Below are positions 19,809 through 30,232 of a stretch of DNA of 64,000 nucleotides, one piece after another (the first letter of the stretch is position 1; every line of letters begins with the position of its first letter). This stretch comes from Candidatus Limnocylindrales bacterium (lineage in GTDB: Bacteria; Chloroflexota; Limnocylindria; Limnocylindrales; CSP1-4). Location of the stretch: contig DATCGV010000007.1 of NCBI GenBank assembly GCA_036508755.1, positions 24,153 to 88,152 on the forward strand. The letters are read 5' to 3'. The position numbers and the translations under genes are program-made. The notes beneath the pieces were generated by a model, which saw only the letters and a program-made list of their open reading frames with translations, had not been told where the DNA came from and ran no database searches.

Positions 19809-20705
19809 TCAGTGAATGGACGTTCCCTGGTACAGGATCAGGAGCAGCACGCCGTACAGGTTGAACGCGGCATGACCGGCGATCGAGGCGAGCAGGCCGC
19901 GGCGGAGGAATATCCAGCCCAGGACGAACCCGACCGGGGCGATGACCAGGAACTCGAGCAGCGCCTGCTTCAGCCCGTCCAGCGCGGCGCCATTCTGATT
20001 CTGATCGACGGTGATATTGAGGATGTGGGCGAGGCCAAAGAACAGCGTGGTCCGGATGAGCGCCGAACGCGGCCCGAGATCGCGCAGCCAGGCCGTGAAT
20101 GAATAGCCGCGGAAGAGCAGCTCCTCGCCGATCGGGATCAGGATGCACGCGCCAAGGACGACGAAGAGCGTCTCCAGAGCGGTGGTTGGTGCGGGCACGA
20201 CGTCGGGCGTGTTCGAGTTCAGAAGCTGGGCGATGATCGAACCCCATACGCCGACGACGAGCGCGGTGAAGAGCATCACCACGGCACCAAAGCCGATGTC
20301 GGTCAACCAGCGACTCGCGCCGCCGCCCACGGGCAGGCCGATCGCGCGCAGATCCAGGGCGCCGGTCCTGAAGCCGTACAGCCAGACGACGAGGACGTAG
20401 CCGGCCAGGAGCACGATCGCGTCGATGATGAACGCGACACCGTTGCCCAACACCGGGATCCCGAAAACGATCAGCAGGACCGTGGCGATGTTCACGATCA
20501 CGAGCTGGACCGCGAACACGATCAGTGGCGACGGACCGTGGAACATGCTTGCCGGCCGTGACGAGCGGACGACGACCTGGTAGCCGGCAGCCGACGAGAG
20601 GCCAATCGTCAGCAGCAGGAGGCCGCCCATGAGCAGCACGCCCGAGACCGGCGGCAGCGAAGCAAAACCGACGAAGGCGAGCATGAGCCCGGCGACGGAA
20701 AACAC
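19809..20705 (-). CDS. CPBP-family intramembrane glutamic endopeptidase
   Basis: Polytopic, with the three CPBP motifs GEELLFRGY, FGLAHI and HAAFN. Confidence 0.8.
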   Translation of the reverse strand: MFSVAGLMLAFVGFASLPPVSGVLLMGGLLLLTIGLSSAAGYQVVVRSSRPASMFHGPSPLIVFAVQLVIVNIATVLLIVFGIPVLGNGVAFIIDAIVLLAGYVLVVWLYGFRTGALDLRAIGLPVGGGASRWLTDIGFGAVVMLFTALVVGVWGSIIAQLLNSNTPDVVPAPTTALETLFVVLGACILIPIGEELLFRGYSFTAWLRDLGPRSALIRTTLFFGLAHILNITVDQNQNGAALDGLKQALLEFLVIAPVGFVLGWIFLRRGLLASIAGHAAFNLYGVLLLILYQGTSIH

Positions 20706-20860
20706 CCACGCGGCGGCGTAGAGCCCCGCTGCCGGACGACCGTGGACCGAGAAAACGGGCAGATTGGCTGTCGGCGAGACCCATGCCGGTGCAGCAGGCT
20801 GCCAACCCGGCGTCGGGGCGATGTCTGGACCGGGTGGCGGCCCTACGGGCTGAGAAACGG

Positions 20861-21520
20861 TCAGTGCTCGCCCGTGGCGGGACGCGGTGTGACCTCGGTC
20901 ACTCGTGTGTCAATCGAGCTCGATGAGATCTGCGGCACCGGAGCCCCCGTCGCGGGCAGATCTTCATAGTCCGGCGGCTCCTCGACGCGACTCGGGCGGC
21001 CCTTGGGCGGAGCGACGAGCACCTCCTGGAGCACCTCCGGCCGCTCGAAGTCCTTGCCGCACCACGCGCACAGTGACCAGTCAAGCTCGACGAGGCGCGA
21101 GCAGTTCGGGCACACGCGGCGCAACCGATTGCGGCACGTCGGGCAGATGATCCAGTCCTCGTGGACCTGCCGGCCGCAGTTGGCGCAGTGCGGCTGGGCC
21201 TCGATCTCGACCATCATCGCCTCTTCGGCGAGTGCTCTCTCGTTGGCCTGGGCCACCGTCTCGCGCGGACGCAGGATGCGGTAGACGATGACGCCGAAGA
21301 GGAACAGGACCGGCGTGAAGATGATGATCAGCGCCGCGGCGAGATAGGGCGCGACGGGGTTCGTCGTCCGCGTCTGGAGGTCGCGGTACGCCCAATAGGC
21401 GGTCGCGGCCCAGAGCAGCACGATATAGAAGCCGATCGCCTCGAGACCGACACGCACGATGGGCGTGTCGAAGAACTTCTGGATCTCCTGCCCAAGCGTC
21501 TGCAGGAGCTGGTCAATCAT
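20861..21520 (-). CDS. membrane protein with cytoplasmic double zinc-ribbon
   Basis: Two TM helices, then CANCG...CPTC...CPNC...CAWCG (four CxxC pairs). Pro-rich tail. Confidence 0.7.
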   Translation of the reverse strand: MIDQLLQTLGQEIQKFFDTPIVRVGLEAIGFYIVLLWAATAYWAYRDLQTRTTNPVAPYLAAALIIIFTPVLFLFGVIVYRILRPRETVAQANERALAEEAMMVEIEAQPHCANCGRQVHEDWIICPTCRNRLRRVCPNCSRLVELDWSLCAWCGKDFERPEVLQEVLVAPPKGRPSRVEEPPDYEDLPATGAPVPQISSSSIDTRVTEVTPRPATGEH

Positions 21521-21624
21521 CCGAAGCGCGCCTCAGTAGGAACAAATCGCAGCGCGTCACCGCGGGCGAGTTTACCAGCCAGCGCGGTGCGAGCCGCTCG
21601 CATCACGCTCTGACGATTGCAGCT

Positions 21625-22593
21625 TCAGCGCAGTGACGCGAGCGTCCACAGGCCGGCGCGCACGATCGAGACCAGCCCGCAGAGCGCGAGCGCACAGGTG
21701 AAGACGGCACCGAAGACGAGCGCGACGACCAGCGCGCCGGCGACATCCTGCACGCTGCCCGACAAGCCCGTCGCGAGGAACACGGCGCGCACCGCCTGCC
21801 AGGTCACGCTGAGCGCGACGACGCCAATGGCGAGGGCGCCGACGAACAGCAGCCAGCCGGCGATGGTGACGGCGACGAGGCGCAGCGGATGACGCCGTGC
21901 GCGCATGTGGCCGGCGAGCCCGAACGGGTGCGTCAGGACGGCGCGCGCGGCGATTGCCGAAATTGCCTCGATGACCACGAGCGCCACCAGCCAGCCTGCG
22001 AGCGGCACCCCCACGTCACCTACGACGCGGGTGTAGATCGACTGCGTCGACGACGGCAGCAGGATCTCGTTCAGCGTCGCGCTGCTGATCGAGACCGCGA
22101 GCGGAACCGCGGCGACAAGGACGGCCAGCAGCGCAACCGCCTCGACCACGAACAGGCGCGTCGTGGCCGCGCGTGCCACGGCCGTGCCCAGCCTGCCCGG
22201 CGCCGGCCAGGGATGGGCAGTCGTGCGCGCCGGGCTGTTCACGAATCGGCTGAAAGCGACCAGCTCGCAGCGCGCCAGGAGGTAGAGCACGACGAGTGCG
22301 ACGGCGAGGCTCGCGGCCGTGAGAACGGCCACGAGCACGTAGAAGCCGGCCGTCAGCCCGGTCGAGCCAAGGTTGCCGCCCAGCGCAAGGCGCACCTCGA
22401 CCTGCGTTGGCAGGATCAGGATGGGCACGGTCAGCAGCGCGATGCCACCGCGCAGGGCAAAGCCGAGGATGCCGATCAGGAGGAGCTTCGGATGGTCGCG
22501 GATCGTGCCGGCGACAGCGGCGATGTCAGAGCGCCACGGGCCGGGCACGGCCGTCCGGACTCGTGCCGCAGCCAGAGTTCGCGACGTGCCCAC
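21625..22593 (-). CDS. hypothetical polytopic membrane protein
   Basis: 322 aa with several long hydrophobic segments. No recognisable motif. Coding status is inferred from length and hydrophobic periodicity only. Confidence 0.5.
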   Translation of the reverse strand: MGTSRTLAAARVRTAVPGPWRSDIAAVAGTIRDHPKLLLIGILGFALRGGIALLTVPILILPTQVEVRLALGGNLGSTGLTAGFYVLVAVLTAASLAVALVVLYLLARCELVAFSRFVNSPARTTAHPWPAPGRLGTAVARAATTRLFVVEAVALLAVLVAAVPLAVSISSATLNEILLPSSTQSIYTRVVGDVGVPLAGWLVALVVIEAISAIAARAVLTHPFGLAGHMRARRHPLRLVAVTIAGWLLFVGALAIGVVALSVTWQAVRAVFLATGLSGSVQDVAGALVVALVFGAVFTCALALCGLVSIVRAGLWTLASLR

Positions 22594-22605
22594 CGTTGGC
22601 CGAGT

Positions 22606-23154
22606 CTATTCCCGCGGTCTCTGTGCGCTCGCTGAGTAGATGGCGCCCAGGAAGCGGCTCGGGACGCGGCCGGTGATCAGCGGGTCGAGCAGCCCGGCCG
22701 CCTCGGCGAGCCGCGGCCATGACCGCGCCGAGAACGGATAGGGCACCCACGGATTACCGCTGTCCGCGTCGTACTCGACGACGACGAATGTCCCGCCCGG
22801 CCGGATGTAGCCGGCCAGCCGTGCGACGACCGCGACCTGCTCCGCGCGCGGCACGAAATGAAGGCTGTTGGCCGCGACGAGACCATCCAGCTCCGGCAAA
22901 GGCAGTGTCGCGCGGAAGTCGGCAACGAGGTAGGAATGGCGTGTTCGTGGAAAGGAGGAGGTCAGTGCCGCGCTCGTCCTAACCAGCGCGCGTTCGTCGC
23001 GGTCCACGGCGATGACGGACGCGCCCGGCCCCAGGACGTCGGCGAGCGCGAGCGTGAAGGCGCCTTCACCCGCGCCAATGTCAGCCCACGTTGCGCCGGG
23101 CGGCGGTGTCGGAATCGCCGGCCGAACAAGCTTGACGTGGTCGCCGTGGTCCAA
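22606..23154 (-). CDS. class I SAM-dependent methyltransferase (start uncertain)
   Basis: Motif I ADIGAGEGAFTLALADVLGPGASVIAVDRDE. The ORF is open to 23325, but its upstream part is Arg-rich. TTG 23154 is the first plausible start. See the finding on a possible frameshifted N-terminus. Confidence 0.65.
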   Translation of the reverse strand: MDHGDHVKLVRPAIPTPPPGATWADIGAGEGAFTLALADVLGPGASVIAVDRDERALVRTSAALTSSFPRTRHSYLVADFRATLPLPELDGLVAANSLHFVPRAEQVAVVARLAGYIRPGGTFVVVEYDADSGNPWVPYPFSARSWPRLAEAAGLLDPLITGRVPSRFLGAIYSASAQRPRE

Positions 23155-23287
23155 GGCCGGGGCCAGTGCGCCTACTTCTTCTGGTCGATCGCCGTCTTGG
23201 CAGTGCGCCTGTCGCGCCAGGCATGTTCGAAGGCCCACACGGGCCGATAGTAGAGGTCGGTCTTCTTGAAGACGAGCGCGCCCTCGC

Positions 23288-23662
23288 TCAGGACGGCCGC
23301 GCGAGCGCCTCGATGGCTGAGGCAAAGCCGACGATCAGCTCGTGCGCCAGCGCATTGCGTGTCATGACCGAGGCACGTACCGGGTCCCAGCGCATGGCGA
23401 GCATGACCAGCATCGGCCGCTGCCACGGCCGTGCCTCGTCGGCCGCGGCGGGCATGCGCAACCTGATCAGCTGGCGGCCGTCTTCCTCGGCAATCAACCC
23501 TGAAAGCGCTCCGGCCAGCCGCGGCCCGAGCGCCGCGATCGGCGTCCCCGGCGGCGGCCCAGCCGCGGGCGCCAGCTGGAGCGCTTCGACGATGCCGGCG
23601 TCATCGGCGACCCACAGATGCGCCAGCCACCAGCCGTCGTCAGTGACGCTCGGTGCGGTCAT
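23288..23662 (-). CDS. hypothetical protein
   Basis: 124 aa from the internal ATG (MTAPSVTDDGWWLAHLWV...), downstream of the guaA stop. Composition looks globular. No motif recognised. Confidence 0.4.
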   Translation of the reverse strand: MTAPSVTDDGWWLAHLWVADDAGIVEALQLAPAAGPPPGTPIAALGPRLAGALSGLIAEEDGRQLIRLRMPAAADEARPWQRPMLVMLAMRWDPVRASVMTRNALAHELIVGFASAIEALARPS

Positions 23663-23769
23663 CCCCGCGTGGAGGGAGCCCGCGCCCGCACCCGAAGGCC
23701 CGCGTCCCCGGATCGGCTCCTCTTTGACGAACGACGGCCCCGGAACCGGCAGGCGCGATGTCAGCGAGC

Positions 23770-25416
23770 TCACTCCCACTCGATCGTCGCCGGTGGCTTC
23801 GACGAGATGTCGTAGACGACGCGGTTGACGCCCGGGACCTCGTTCACGATCCGCGAAGAGATCTTGCCCAGCACGTCGTAAGGCAGCTTGGCCCAGTCCG
23901 CTGTCATGCCATCTTCCGATGTCACGGCGCGGACGGCGACGACGTTGGCGTACGTCCGACCGTCACCCATGACGCCCACGCTGCGCACCGGCGTGAGGAT
24001 CGCGAAGCTCTGCCACAGCGAGCGGTATAGACCGGCGGCCTTGATCTCGTCGATGACGATCCAGTCGGCGTCGCGCAGCGTCTCGAGGCGCTCCGCCGTG
24101 ACCTCGCCGATGATCCGGATCGCCAAGCCTGGGCCGGGGAAGGGCTGGCGCTGGACCATCTGCTCGGGCAGGCCCAGCTCCGTGCCGACCACGCGGACCT
24201 CATCCTTGAACAGGTAGCGCAGCGGCTCGATCAGCTTGAAGCGCAGGTCCGCGGGCAGCCCGCCGACGTTGTGATGGGTCTTGATCTTCTGCGCCGCCTT
24301 GGTCTCGGGTGTCGCCGACTCGATCACATCGGGGTAAAGCGTGCCCTGCGTCAGGAAGTCGATGCTGCCTGCACCGTCCTTGATCTTGGCGGCCTCTTCC
24401 TCGAAGACGCGAATGAACTCGTCGCCGATGATCCGCCGCTTCTGCTCCGGCTCCTCGACGCCCGCAAGGCGGCGCAGGAAGCGCTCGCGCGCGTCGACCA
24501 TGACCAGGTTCATGCCCAGGTTGCGCTCGAACGTCTCGCGCAGCAGCTCCGACTCGCGCTTGCGCATCAGGCCGTGGTCGACGTAGATGCAGGTCAACTG
24601 ATCGCCGACGGCGCGGTGGACGAGCGTCGCCGCGACCGCAGAGTCGACGCCACCCGACAGCGCACAGATCACGCGGCCATCACCGACCTGCGCGCGGATG
24701 TCGGCGACGGTCGAATCGATGAAGCTCTGTGGCGTCCAGGACGGCCGGGCGCCGGCAATGCCGAGCACGAAGTTGCGCAATATGTCGCGCCCGGCCGGTG
24801 TGTGGACCACCTCGGGGTGGAACTGGATGCCGTACATCCGGCGGTCCGTGTTGGCGAGGCCGGCGAAGGGTGTCGAAGCCGTGCGCGCCAGCGGCAGGAA
24901 GCCAGGTGGCGGACTGACGATCGAATCGCCGTGGCTCATCCACACCGGTTGTTCACGGGCTATGCCCTTGAACAGACCGTCCTCGGTTGTGATCGAAATG
25001 ACCGCCGGACCGTATTCACGCTTGGCGGCCGGCACGACGTCGCCGCCCAGGTGATGAGCCATGAGTTGAACGCCGTAGCAGATGCCCAGCACGGGCATGT
25101 TCGATTCCGACCAGATGCGTGGGTCGGGGTGCGGCGCGCCGTCCTCGTAGACGCTCATCGGGCCACCGGACAGGATGACGGCGCGCGGCGCGCGGCGCGC
25201 GATCTCGTCCCACGGCGTGTCGAACGGCAGCAGCTCGCTGTAGACGTGCAGCTCGCGCACGCGGCGGCAGATGAGTTGCGCCGTCTGGCCGCCGAAGTCG
25301 AGGACTATGACGCTGTCGGGTGACTGGGCGTCGTCGTCAGGCGCGCGGTCGGGTGCCGGCGCATCGAGCGCGACCTCGAGGTATGCCTCCACCTCGGCGT
25401 CGTCCGGGGCGAGCAC
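23770..25416 (-). CDS. guaA: GMP synthase (glutamine-hydrolysing)
   Basis: GATase domain ([23 protein letters not shown]), ATP-PPase [10 protein letters not shown] and C-terminal dimerisation domain ending ...PPATIEWE. The N-terminal acidic extension may be shorter. Confidence 0.95.
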   Translation of the reverse strand: MLAPDDAEVEAYLEVALDAPAPDRAPDDDAQSPDSVIVLDFGGQTAQLICRRVRELHVYSELLPFDTPWDEIARRAPRAVILSGGPMSVYEDGAPHPDPRIWSESNMPVLGICYGVQLMAHHLGGDVVPAAKREYGPAVISITTEDGLFKGIAREQPVWMSHGDSIVSPPPGFLPLARTASTPFAGLANTDRRMYGIQFHPEVVHTPAGRDILRNFVLGIAGARPSWTPQSFIDSTVADIRAQVGDGRVICALSGGVDSAVAATLVHRAVGDQLTCIYVDHGLMRKRESELLRETFERNLGMNLVMVDARERFLRRLAGVEEPEQKRRIIGDEFIRVFEEEAAKIKDGAGSIDFLTQGTLYPDVIESATPETKAAQKIKTHHNVGGLPADLRFKLIEPLRYLFKDEVRVVGTELGLPEQMVQRQPFPGPGLAIRIIGEVTAERLETLRDADWIVIDEIKAAGLYRSLWQSFAILTPVRSVGVMGDGRTYANVVAVRAVTSEDGMTADWAKLPYDVLGKISSRIVNEVPGVNRVVYDISSKPPATIEWE

Positions 25417-25515
25417 GCGATGACCCGCGTTGGCCTGTTCGCCGTGAACCGTCTTGCCACGCCCCGACTGCTCGATCTGCTCTCCTCCGCTGTGCTCGCA
25501 GTCTACCGGCAGCGG

Positions 25516-25968
25516 TCAGTCGTGCGGGTCGACCTCGACCATGCCCTTGCGCCATTCGGGCGCCTCGAACTCAGGCGCCCAGTACGTCTCGGCGTGCCAG
25601 ATCGTGTCGTCCTTCATGGTCAGGATCGACACGACCCACCAGCGCGAGCCGTCGGGATAAGAGGCGCGGCTCACGGTTGTGAAACGCTCTGGCCCTGACA
25701 GCGGCAAGACCGTGTAGCCCGGCGAGATCGCCCAGCGCTCTTCCTCGTCCAGGACCTTCGCGCCCGCATCGTCGTAGCTCTCCGCGGGCAGGCCGCCGGG
25801 GTATTGCTCGAGCTGGAAGCGGAACGCAGCAAATCCGCGGAAACGCTCTCCTGACTGCGGATAGACGGCAACGTAGTCGCGATGAATCATCTGCTCGAGC
25901 GCTGCGTAGTCGCGCTGGCCCATCGCGTTCATGTAGCGCCGGAAGAACTCCTGCCGCGACTCAGGCAT
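25516..25968 (-). CDS. NTF2/SnoaL-like fold protein
   Basis: Starts MPESRQEFFRRYMNAMGQRDYAALEQMIHRDYV..., the typical SnoaL-like N-terminal helix pattern. 150 aa. Confidence 0.55.
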   Translation of the reverse strand: MPESRQEFFRRYMNAMGQRDYAALEQMIHRDYVAVYPQSGERFRGFAAFRFQLEQYPGGLPAESYDDAGAKVLDEEERWAISPGYTVLPLSGPERFTTVSRASYPDGSRWWVVSILTMKDDTIWHAETYWAPEFEAPEWRKGMVEVDPHD

Positions 25969-26467
25969 TCCGAACTCCCGCTGCTGCACGTGCCGGTTCG
26001 GCCTGCCCAGCGGCAACGATCTTGGCCGTCGACAGCCGAGCCGCCTCGCTTGGCGAGAACGATCGTCGGAGCAGCAGGGCCGTCGCCGCGTGGTGCTCCT
26101 CGAGCACCTTGTGCAGCACGGCCTTGCGCACCGGCACGGGCAGCTTGTCGTCGCGCTGCGCCTGTTCGTAGCCGGCGTGGGCCATGTACGCCTTGACGAT
26201 CGTCTCCAGCTCGTCGGCGTGGAGCCACGTCGCCAGCTCTGGCAGCAGCGCGTCGAACGACGCGCGGCGCAGCGGCTGGAAAACGAAGTGCTGCTCGGCG
26301 ACGTTGATGTCGATCTCGTTCATCGTCAGCTCAAAGTAGACGGCCCGGGCGGCATTGCGCGACTGGCGCTCCGCCTGACGACGCTGCATGTAGATGCCGA
26401 CCAACAGCCAGCCAGCGGCCCCAAAGAAGGCGCCGACCGCGGCGGTCAGCAGTGCGTCGAAACTCAC
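25961..26467 (-). CDS. hypothetical membrane-anchored protein
   Basis: N-terminal TM helix LLTAAVGAFFGAAGWLLVGIY, then a helical soluble part. 8-nt overlap with the next gene. Confidence 0.45.
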   Translation of the reverse strand: MSFDALLTAAVGAFFGAAGWLLVGIYMQRRQAERQSRNAARAVYFELTMNEIDINVAEQHFVFQPLRRASFDALLPELATWLHADELETIVKAYMAHAGYEQAQRDDKLPVPVRKAVLHKVLEEHHAATALLLRRSFSPSEAARLSTAKIVAAGQAEPARAAAGVRNA

Positions 26468-26510
26468 CGCGAGATGCTACGCACCGAGCGAAGCACCGAA
26501 CACCCGATTT

Positions 26511-27581
26511 TCAGCCGTCCCCGTCGGCGTGGAACTCAGCCAGGCGCGCGGCCTCCTCTGCCACTTCCCGCCGCGCGTCCGCCGTGAGCTCGACCAGCGC
26601 GTCGGTCGTCACGCGGCCAGCCTCGTAGCGCCACGTGCCACAGATGTGGCCATCGACCAGGAACATGCCTACCGACCAGGGCGTGGAGCGGGTGAAGATC
26701 GTTGGCCGCAGATCGTCGGGCAGGATCTGTGTGCGCCGGCAGCTGACGAGCGTCGTCGGGTCGAACGGCGCAAGGAATCGGACGGGCGCAGTAGTCTCCG
26801 GGTCAGGCAGCGGCAGGCCGGGCAGATCGATCAGCTCGTGGCCAAGCTCGTCGCTGAATCGGCGCAGCTCGAACGAGTCGATGATCGGCTGCACGCGGCG
26901 CATCCGGATGCCTGCCCATTCGGCGAAATCCGTGGGTCGCGCCGGCCCGAACGCGGTCAGGTAGCGCCGCAGCATCAGGCGCAGTCCGTCCTCCTCCGTG
27001 GGCAGTCCGTCAGGGTGGACGGATTCGGGTGGCAGCCACTCGTCGGCCAGCGCGTACAGGTCGTTCATGCGCCGCTCCCACGTGCCCGATGGCGGAACGC
27101 GCACGAGGTCGACCCACAGCGCCCAACCGTTGCCCTCGAAGCCCCGTTCTGCCATTCGGCGCTTGAGCTCCGCCACGCGAAGCGTCGTGCCGCTCAGGAT
27201 CTCGCGTCCCGCGGCCGCGGCGGCTTCCATGTCCACTGACCGCGCGACTCGACGCCAGGCACTGGCGAACCATTCGCGCCGTGCCTGGCGCACGGCAATC
27301 GCCATCGGCCAGTAGTCAGTGGCGCTGACGGTGTGGATCGTGACGCGCATCAACGTGCCGTGAATCGCCTCGCGCGCCTCCATAGCCCGCGTCAGGTCGG
27401 CTCGCTGGAAGCCGTTCATGCGGCTCCAGAGCGAGATGTAGCCGGATGGCGCGTATTGAGTCTGGAGCCCGCCGAGCTCGTCGATCACCTGGGTCAGGGG
27501 CGCGTCACGGCGCTCGAGCAGGTGCTGCCGCGCGAGAAGCGCGCGGTTCAGCTGGCGCGTGCTCAGGACTTCGTGCTTCAT
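26511..27581 (-). CDS. winged-helix DNA-binding domain protein (YcaQ/DUF1006-like)
   Basis: From the ATG at 27581: MKHEVLSTRQLNRALLARQHLLERRDAP...LGGLQTQYAPSGYISLWSR, characteristic of the YcaQ family. Confidence 0.75.
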   Translation of the reverse strand: MKHEVLSTRQLNRALLARQHLLERRDAPLTQVIDELGGLQTQYAPSGYISLWSRMNGFQRADLTRAMEAREAIHGTLMRVTIHTVSATDYWPMAIAVRQARREWFASAWRRVARSVDMEAAAAAGREILSGTTLRVAELKRRMAERGFEGNGWALWVDLVRVPPSGTWERRMNDLYALADEWLPPESVHPDGLPTEEDGLRLMLRRYLTAFGPARPTDFAEWAGIRMRRVQPIIDSFELRRFSDELGHELIDLPGLPLPDPETTAPVRFLAPFDPTTLVSCRRTQILPDDLRPTIFTRSTPWSVGMFLVDGHICGTWRYEAGRVTTDALVELTADARREVAEEAARLAEFHADGDG

Positions 27582-27583
27582 GC

Positions 27584-27931
27584 TCACGAGCGGCCTTCGC
27601 GCGCGGGCTCGAGCCGAAAGGCCGGCCCGCGGCCGAGCCGCTCGGCGGGCGTGCCGTACTTGAGGATGAGCGAGCTGATCACATCGCTCCGCTCGGCATC
27701 GTGGAGCTCGCGCGCTTCGTAGCGCGTCGTTATCTCGCCGATGGTCGCGCGGCAATGTCCCTCAGATCGAAGGTTCAGCGCCCAGTCGGCGTCCTCGCTG
27801 CCAGCGGCGACGAGCAGGCTGCCGTCTGCCCGCTCGACGAAGCCCACCGCGGTTGCAGTCGCGTGGCCGGTCACTCGGCCGCGAGTCTCGATCAAGGCGA
27901 CCTTGCCCCACGCGGCGAGCTCCTCGCCCAT
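27584..27931 (-). CDS. PNPOx-like split-barrel protein (deazaflavin-dependent nitroreductase/DUF385-like)
   Basis: 115 aa. The pattern TRGRVTGHATATAVGFVE..DGSLLVAAGSEDADWALNLR resembles the DUF385 family. 2-nt gap to the next gene. Confidence 0.55.
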   Translation of the reverse strand: MGEELAAWGKVALIETRGRVTGHATATAVGFVERADGSLLVAAGSEDADWALNLRSEGHCRATIGEITTRYEARELHDAERSDVISSLILKYGTPAERLGRGPAFRLEPAREGRS

Positions 27932-27948
27932 CTCGTCGCGCGGACCGG

Positions 27949-29109
27949 TCAGCGCGCGGCGCCTCGCTGCCAGGACTTGCCCTCGACCGCGACCGCCGGC
28001 GCGTAGACCATCTCGACCTGCTGCATCGCCTTGATGTCGCGTGCGCCGAGCGCAGCCATCGACTGGCGCAGTGCGCCGACCAGGTTCTGGGTGCCGTCGG
28101 TGACGTCGGCCGGGCCGAACAGGATCTTCTCCAGCGGACCGACCGTGCCGACGTCGATGCGCGTGCCGCGCGGCAGTGTCGGCGACGGCGCGGCCATGCC
28201 CCAGTTCGTGCCCCGGCCGGGCGCCTCTGCTGCACGGGCGAGCGGCGAGCCGAGCATGACCAGGTCCGCACCGGCGGCGATCGCCTTGGCCAGCTCGCCG
28301 CCGCGGCGCATGCCACCGTCGGCGACGACGGGCACGTAGCGCCTGCTCTGCTCGTAGTAGTCGTCGCGCGCCGCGGCAACGTCCGCCACGGCCGTGATCT
28401 GCGGCACGCCGATGCCCAGCACGTCACGCGTCGTGCACGCCGCGCCCGGACCGACGCCGACGAACACGGCCGCGGCACCCTGGCGCATCAGCTCAAGGGC
28501 TGCCTCGTACGAGGTCGTGTTGCCGACCGCGACGGGGATGGGCATGAAGCGGGTGAACTCGGCCAGCGAGAGCGCCTCATAACCCGACGCGATGTGGCGC
28601 GCCGAGGAGACCTGCGACTGGACGAGGAACGCGTCGGCGCCATGCTCGGCGCAGAACGGGCCCAACCTGCGCGCGGCGGCCGGCGTCGCGGCCACCACCG
28701 CTGGCGCGCCGGTGGTCAGGATCTCCGCGATGCGGCGCTCGATCAGCTCATCGGAGATGGGCGTCGCATAGGCCTCGGCGAGCGCTGCACGGACATCGTC
28801 CGCGGGCAGCGTCGCGATGCGCTGGAGCACGTGCGCCGGATCCTCGAAGCGCGTCTGAAGGCCCTCGAGATTGAGCACGGCCACGCCGCCGAAGCCGGCG
28901 AGCAAACCGCACATCTGCGGATCCACGACTGCATCCATCGCCGCGGCGAGGATCGGAATTGAGAGTTGGAAGCCGCAGAACTCGACGCCCAGGTCGACGT
29001 CCGCCGGATCGAGCGTCTCCGTACCGGGCGCGAGCGAAACGTCATCGAAGCCGTAAGTCGGGCGCAGGCTGTCAGTCTTGGACGGTCTGCGGGGCGTCAT
29101 CTCGTCCAT
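27949..29109 (-). CDS. guaB3: GuaB3-type IMP dehydrogenase-related protein
   Basis: RPTYGFDDVSLAPG, IPILAAAMDAVV and VFVGVGPGAACTTR, with no CBS insert. Start taken at ATG 29109; the ORF is open to 29205. Confidence 0.85.
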   Translation of the reverse strand: MDEMTPRRPSKTDSLRPTYGFDDVSLAPGTETLDPADVDLGVEFCGFQLSIPILAAAMDAVVDPQMCGLLAGFGGVAVLNLEGLQTRFEDPAHVLQRIATLPADDVRAALAEAYATPISDELIERRIAEILTTGAPAVVAATPAAARRLGPFCAEHGADAFLVQSQVSSARHIASGYEALSLAEFTRFMPIPVAVGNTTSYEAALELMRQGAAAVFVGVGPGAACTTRDVLGIGVPQITAVADVAAARDDYYEQSRRYVPVVADGGMRRGGELAKAIAAGADLVMLGSPLARAAEAPGRGTNWGMAAPSPTLPRGTRIDVGTVGPLEKILFGPADVTDGTQNLVGALRQSMAALGARDIKAMQQVEMVYAPAVAVEGKSWQRGAAR

Positions 29110-29226
29110 CGGCTCAACGCTTTCGACGGGTACGAAGCTACCGACAGTCACGACGATTCGGTCCTCCACGCGGCCCTGCGCTCTCACGACCGAGCGCCAC
29201 TCCACAAGTCCGGGCAGTATACCGGG

Positions 29227-30222
29227 GTGCCTCCGTCATCAGCCCCTTCTCTGGTCACCGTCGAAGACGTCCGTCACGCTGCGCAACGCATCCGCGGTGT
29301 CGCGTTGCGCACACCGCTGCTCCGGTTCCGTGACCTCGGTTTCGTCAAACCGGAGAACCTTCAGCCAAGCGGCTCCTTCAAGATCCGGGGCGCATACAAC
29401 ACGCTGTCGCAGCTGTCCGACGAGGAGAAGGGACGAGGCGTAGTCGCCCACTCGAGCGGCAACCACGCCCAGGCCGTGTCTCTCGCGGCGCGGCTGCTGG
29501 GCATCCGCGCCGTCGTGGTCATGCCCGACAACGCGCCACAGGTCAAGGTCGACGGCGTGCGCCGCTACGGTGGCGAGATCGTCTTCGTCGGCCCGGCGAA
29601 CGAAGAGCGCGTGCAGCGCGCGCACGAGATCGCCGCTACGGAGGGCCTCGAGCTTATCTCGTCGGCTGACGACCGACGTGTCGTCGCCGGCCAGGGCACA
29701 GTCGGACTGGAGATCGTCGAGCAGCTCGACGAGATGTCAGATCCAGGCGCGACGGATCTCCTGGTCGTGCTCGTCCCGGTCGGCCTGGGCGGGCTCGCGG
29801 CTGGCGTTGCGCTGACCGTGAAGTCGCTCCGTCCCGACGCGCAGGTTTGGGGCGTCGAGCCCGAGCTGGCCGCTGACACACACGACTCGCTGGCGGCCGG
29901 CGAGCGCACGCCGTGGCCGGCGGACAAGGTCGGCCGGACGATCGCCGACGGCCTGCGTGGCGAGGCGCCCGCACCGATCCCGTTCGCGCACCTGAAGCGC
30001 TACCTGGATGGCGTCGTGCTCGTGCGCGAGATCGAGATCGAGCAGGCGATGGCCGTCGCCGCGCACGAGCTGAAGCTTGTCCTCGAACCCTCCGGTGCGG
30101 TGTCGCTTGCCGGCATGGTCGGGCACGCGAGCGAGCTACCGCAGGGTCGCTTCGTGGCCGTCCTGACCGGCGGCAACGTCGACCCGGCGCGCTACATCGA
30201 GTTCCTCAGCCGGAACCTCTGA
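29227..30222 (+). CDS. PLP-dependent threonine/serine dehydratase
   Basis: PLP-lysine motif PSGSFKIRGAYN, plus SSGNHAQAVSLAA. GTG 29227 gives a typical length of about 331 aa. Upstream ORF sequence overlaps guaB3 antisense. Confidence 0.85.
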   Translation: MPPSSAPSLVTVEDVRHAAQRIRGVALRTPLLRFRDLGFVKPENLQPSGSFKIRGAYNTLSQLSDEEKGRGVVAHSSGNHAQAVSLAARLLGIRAVVVMPDNAPQVKVDGVRRYGGEIVFVGPANEERVQRAHEIAATEGLELISSADDRRVVAGQGTVGLEIVEQLDEMSDPGATDLLVVLVPVGLGGLAAGVALTVKSLRPDAQVWGVEPELAADTHDSLAAGERTPWPADKVGRTIADGLRGEAPAPIPFAHLKRYLDGVVLVREIEIEQAMAVAAHELKLVLEPSGAVSLAGMVGHASELPQGRFVAVLTGGNVDPARYIEFLSRNL

Positions 30223-30232
30223 GCCCGACACC

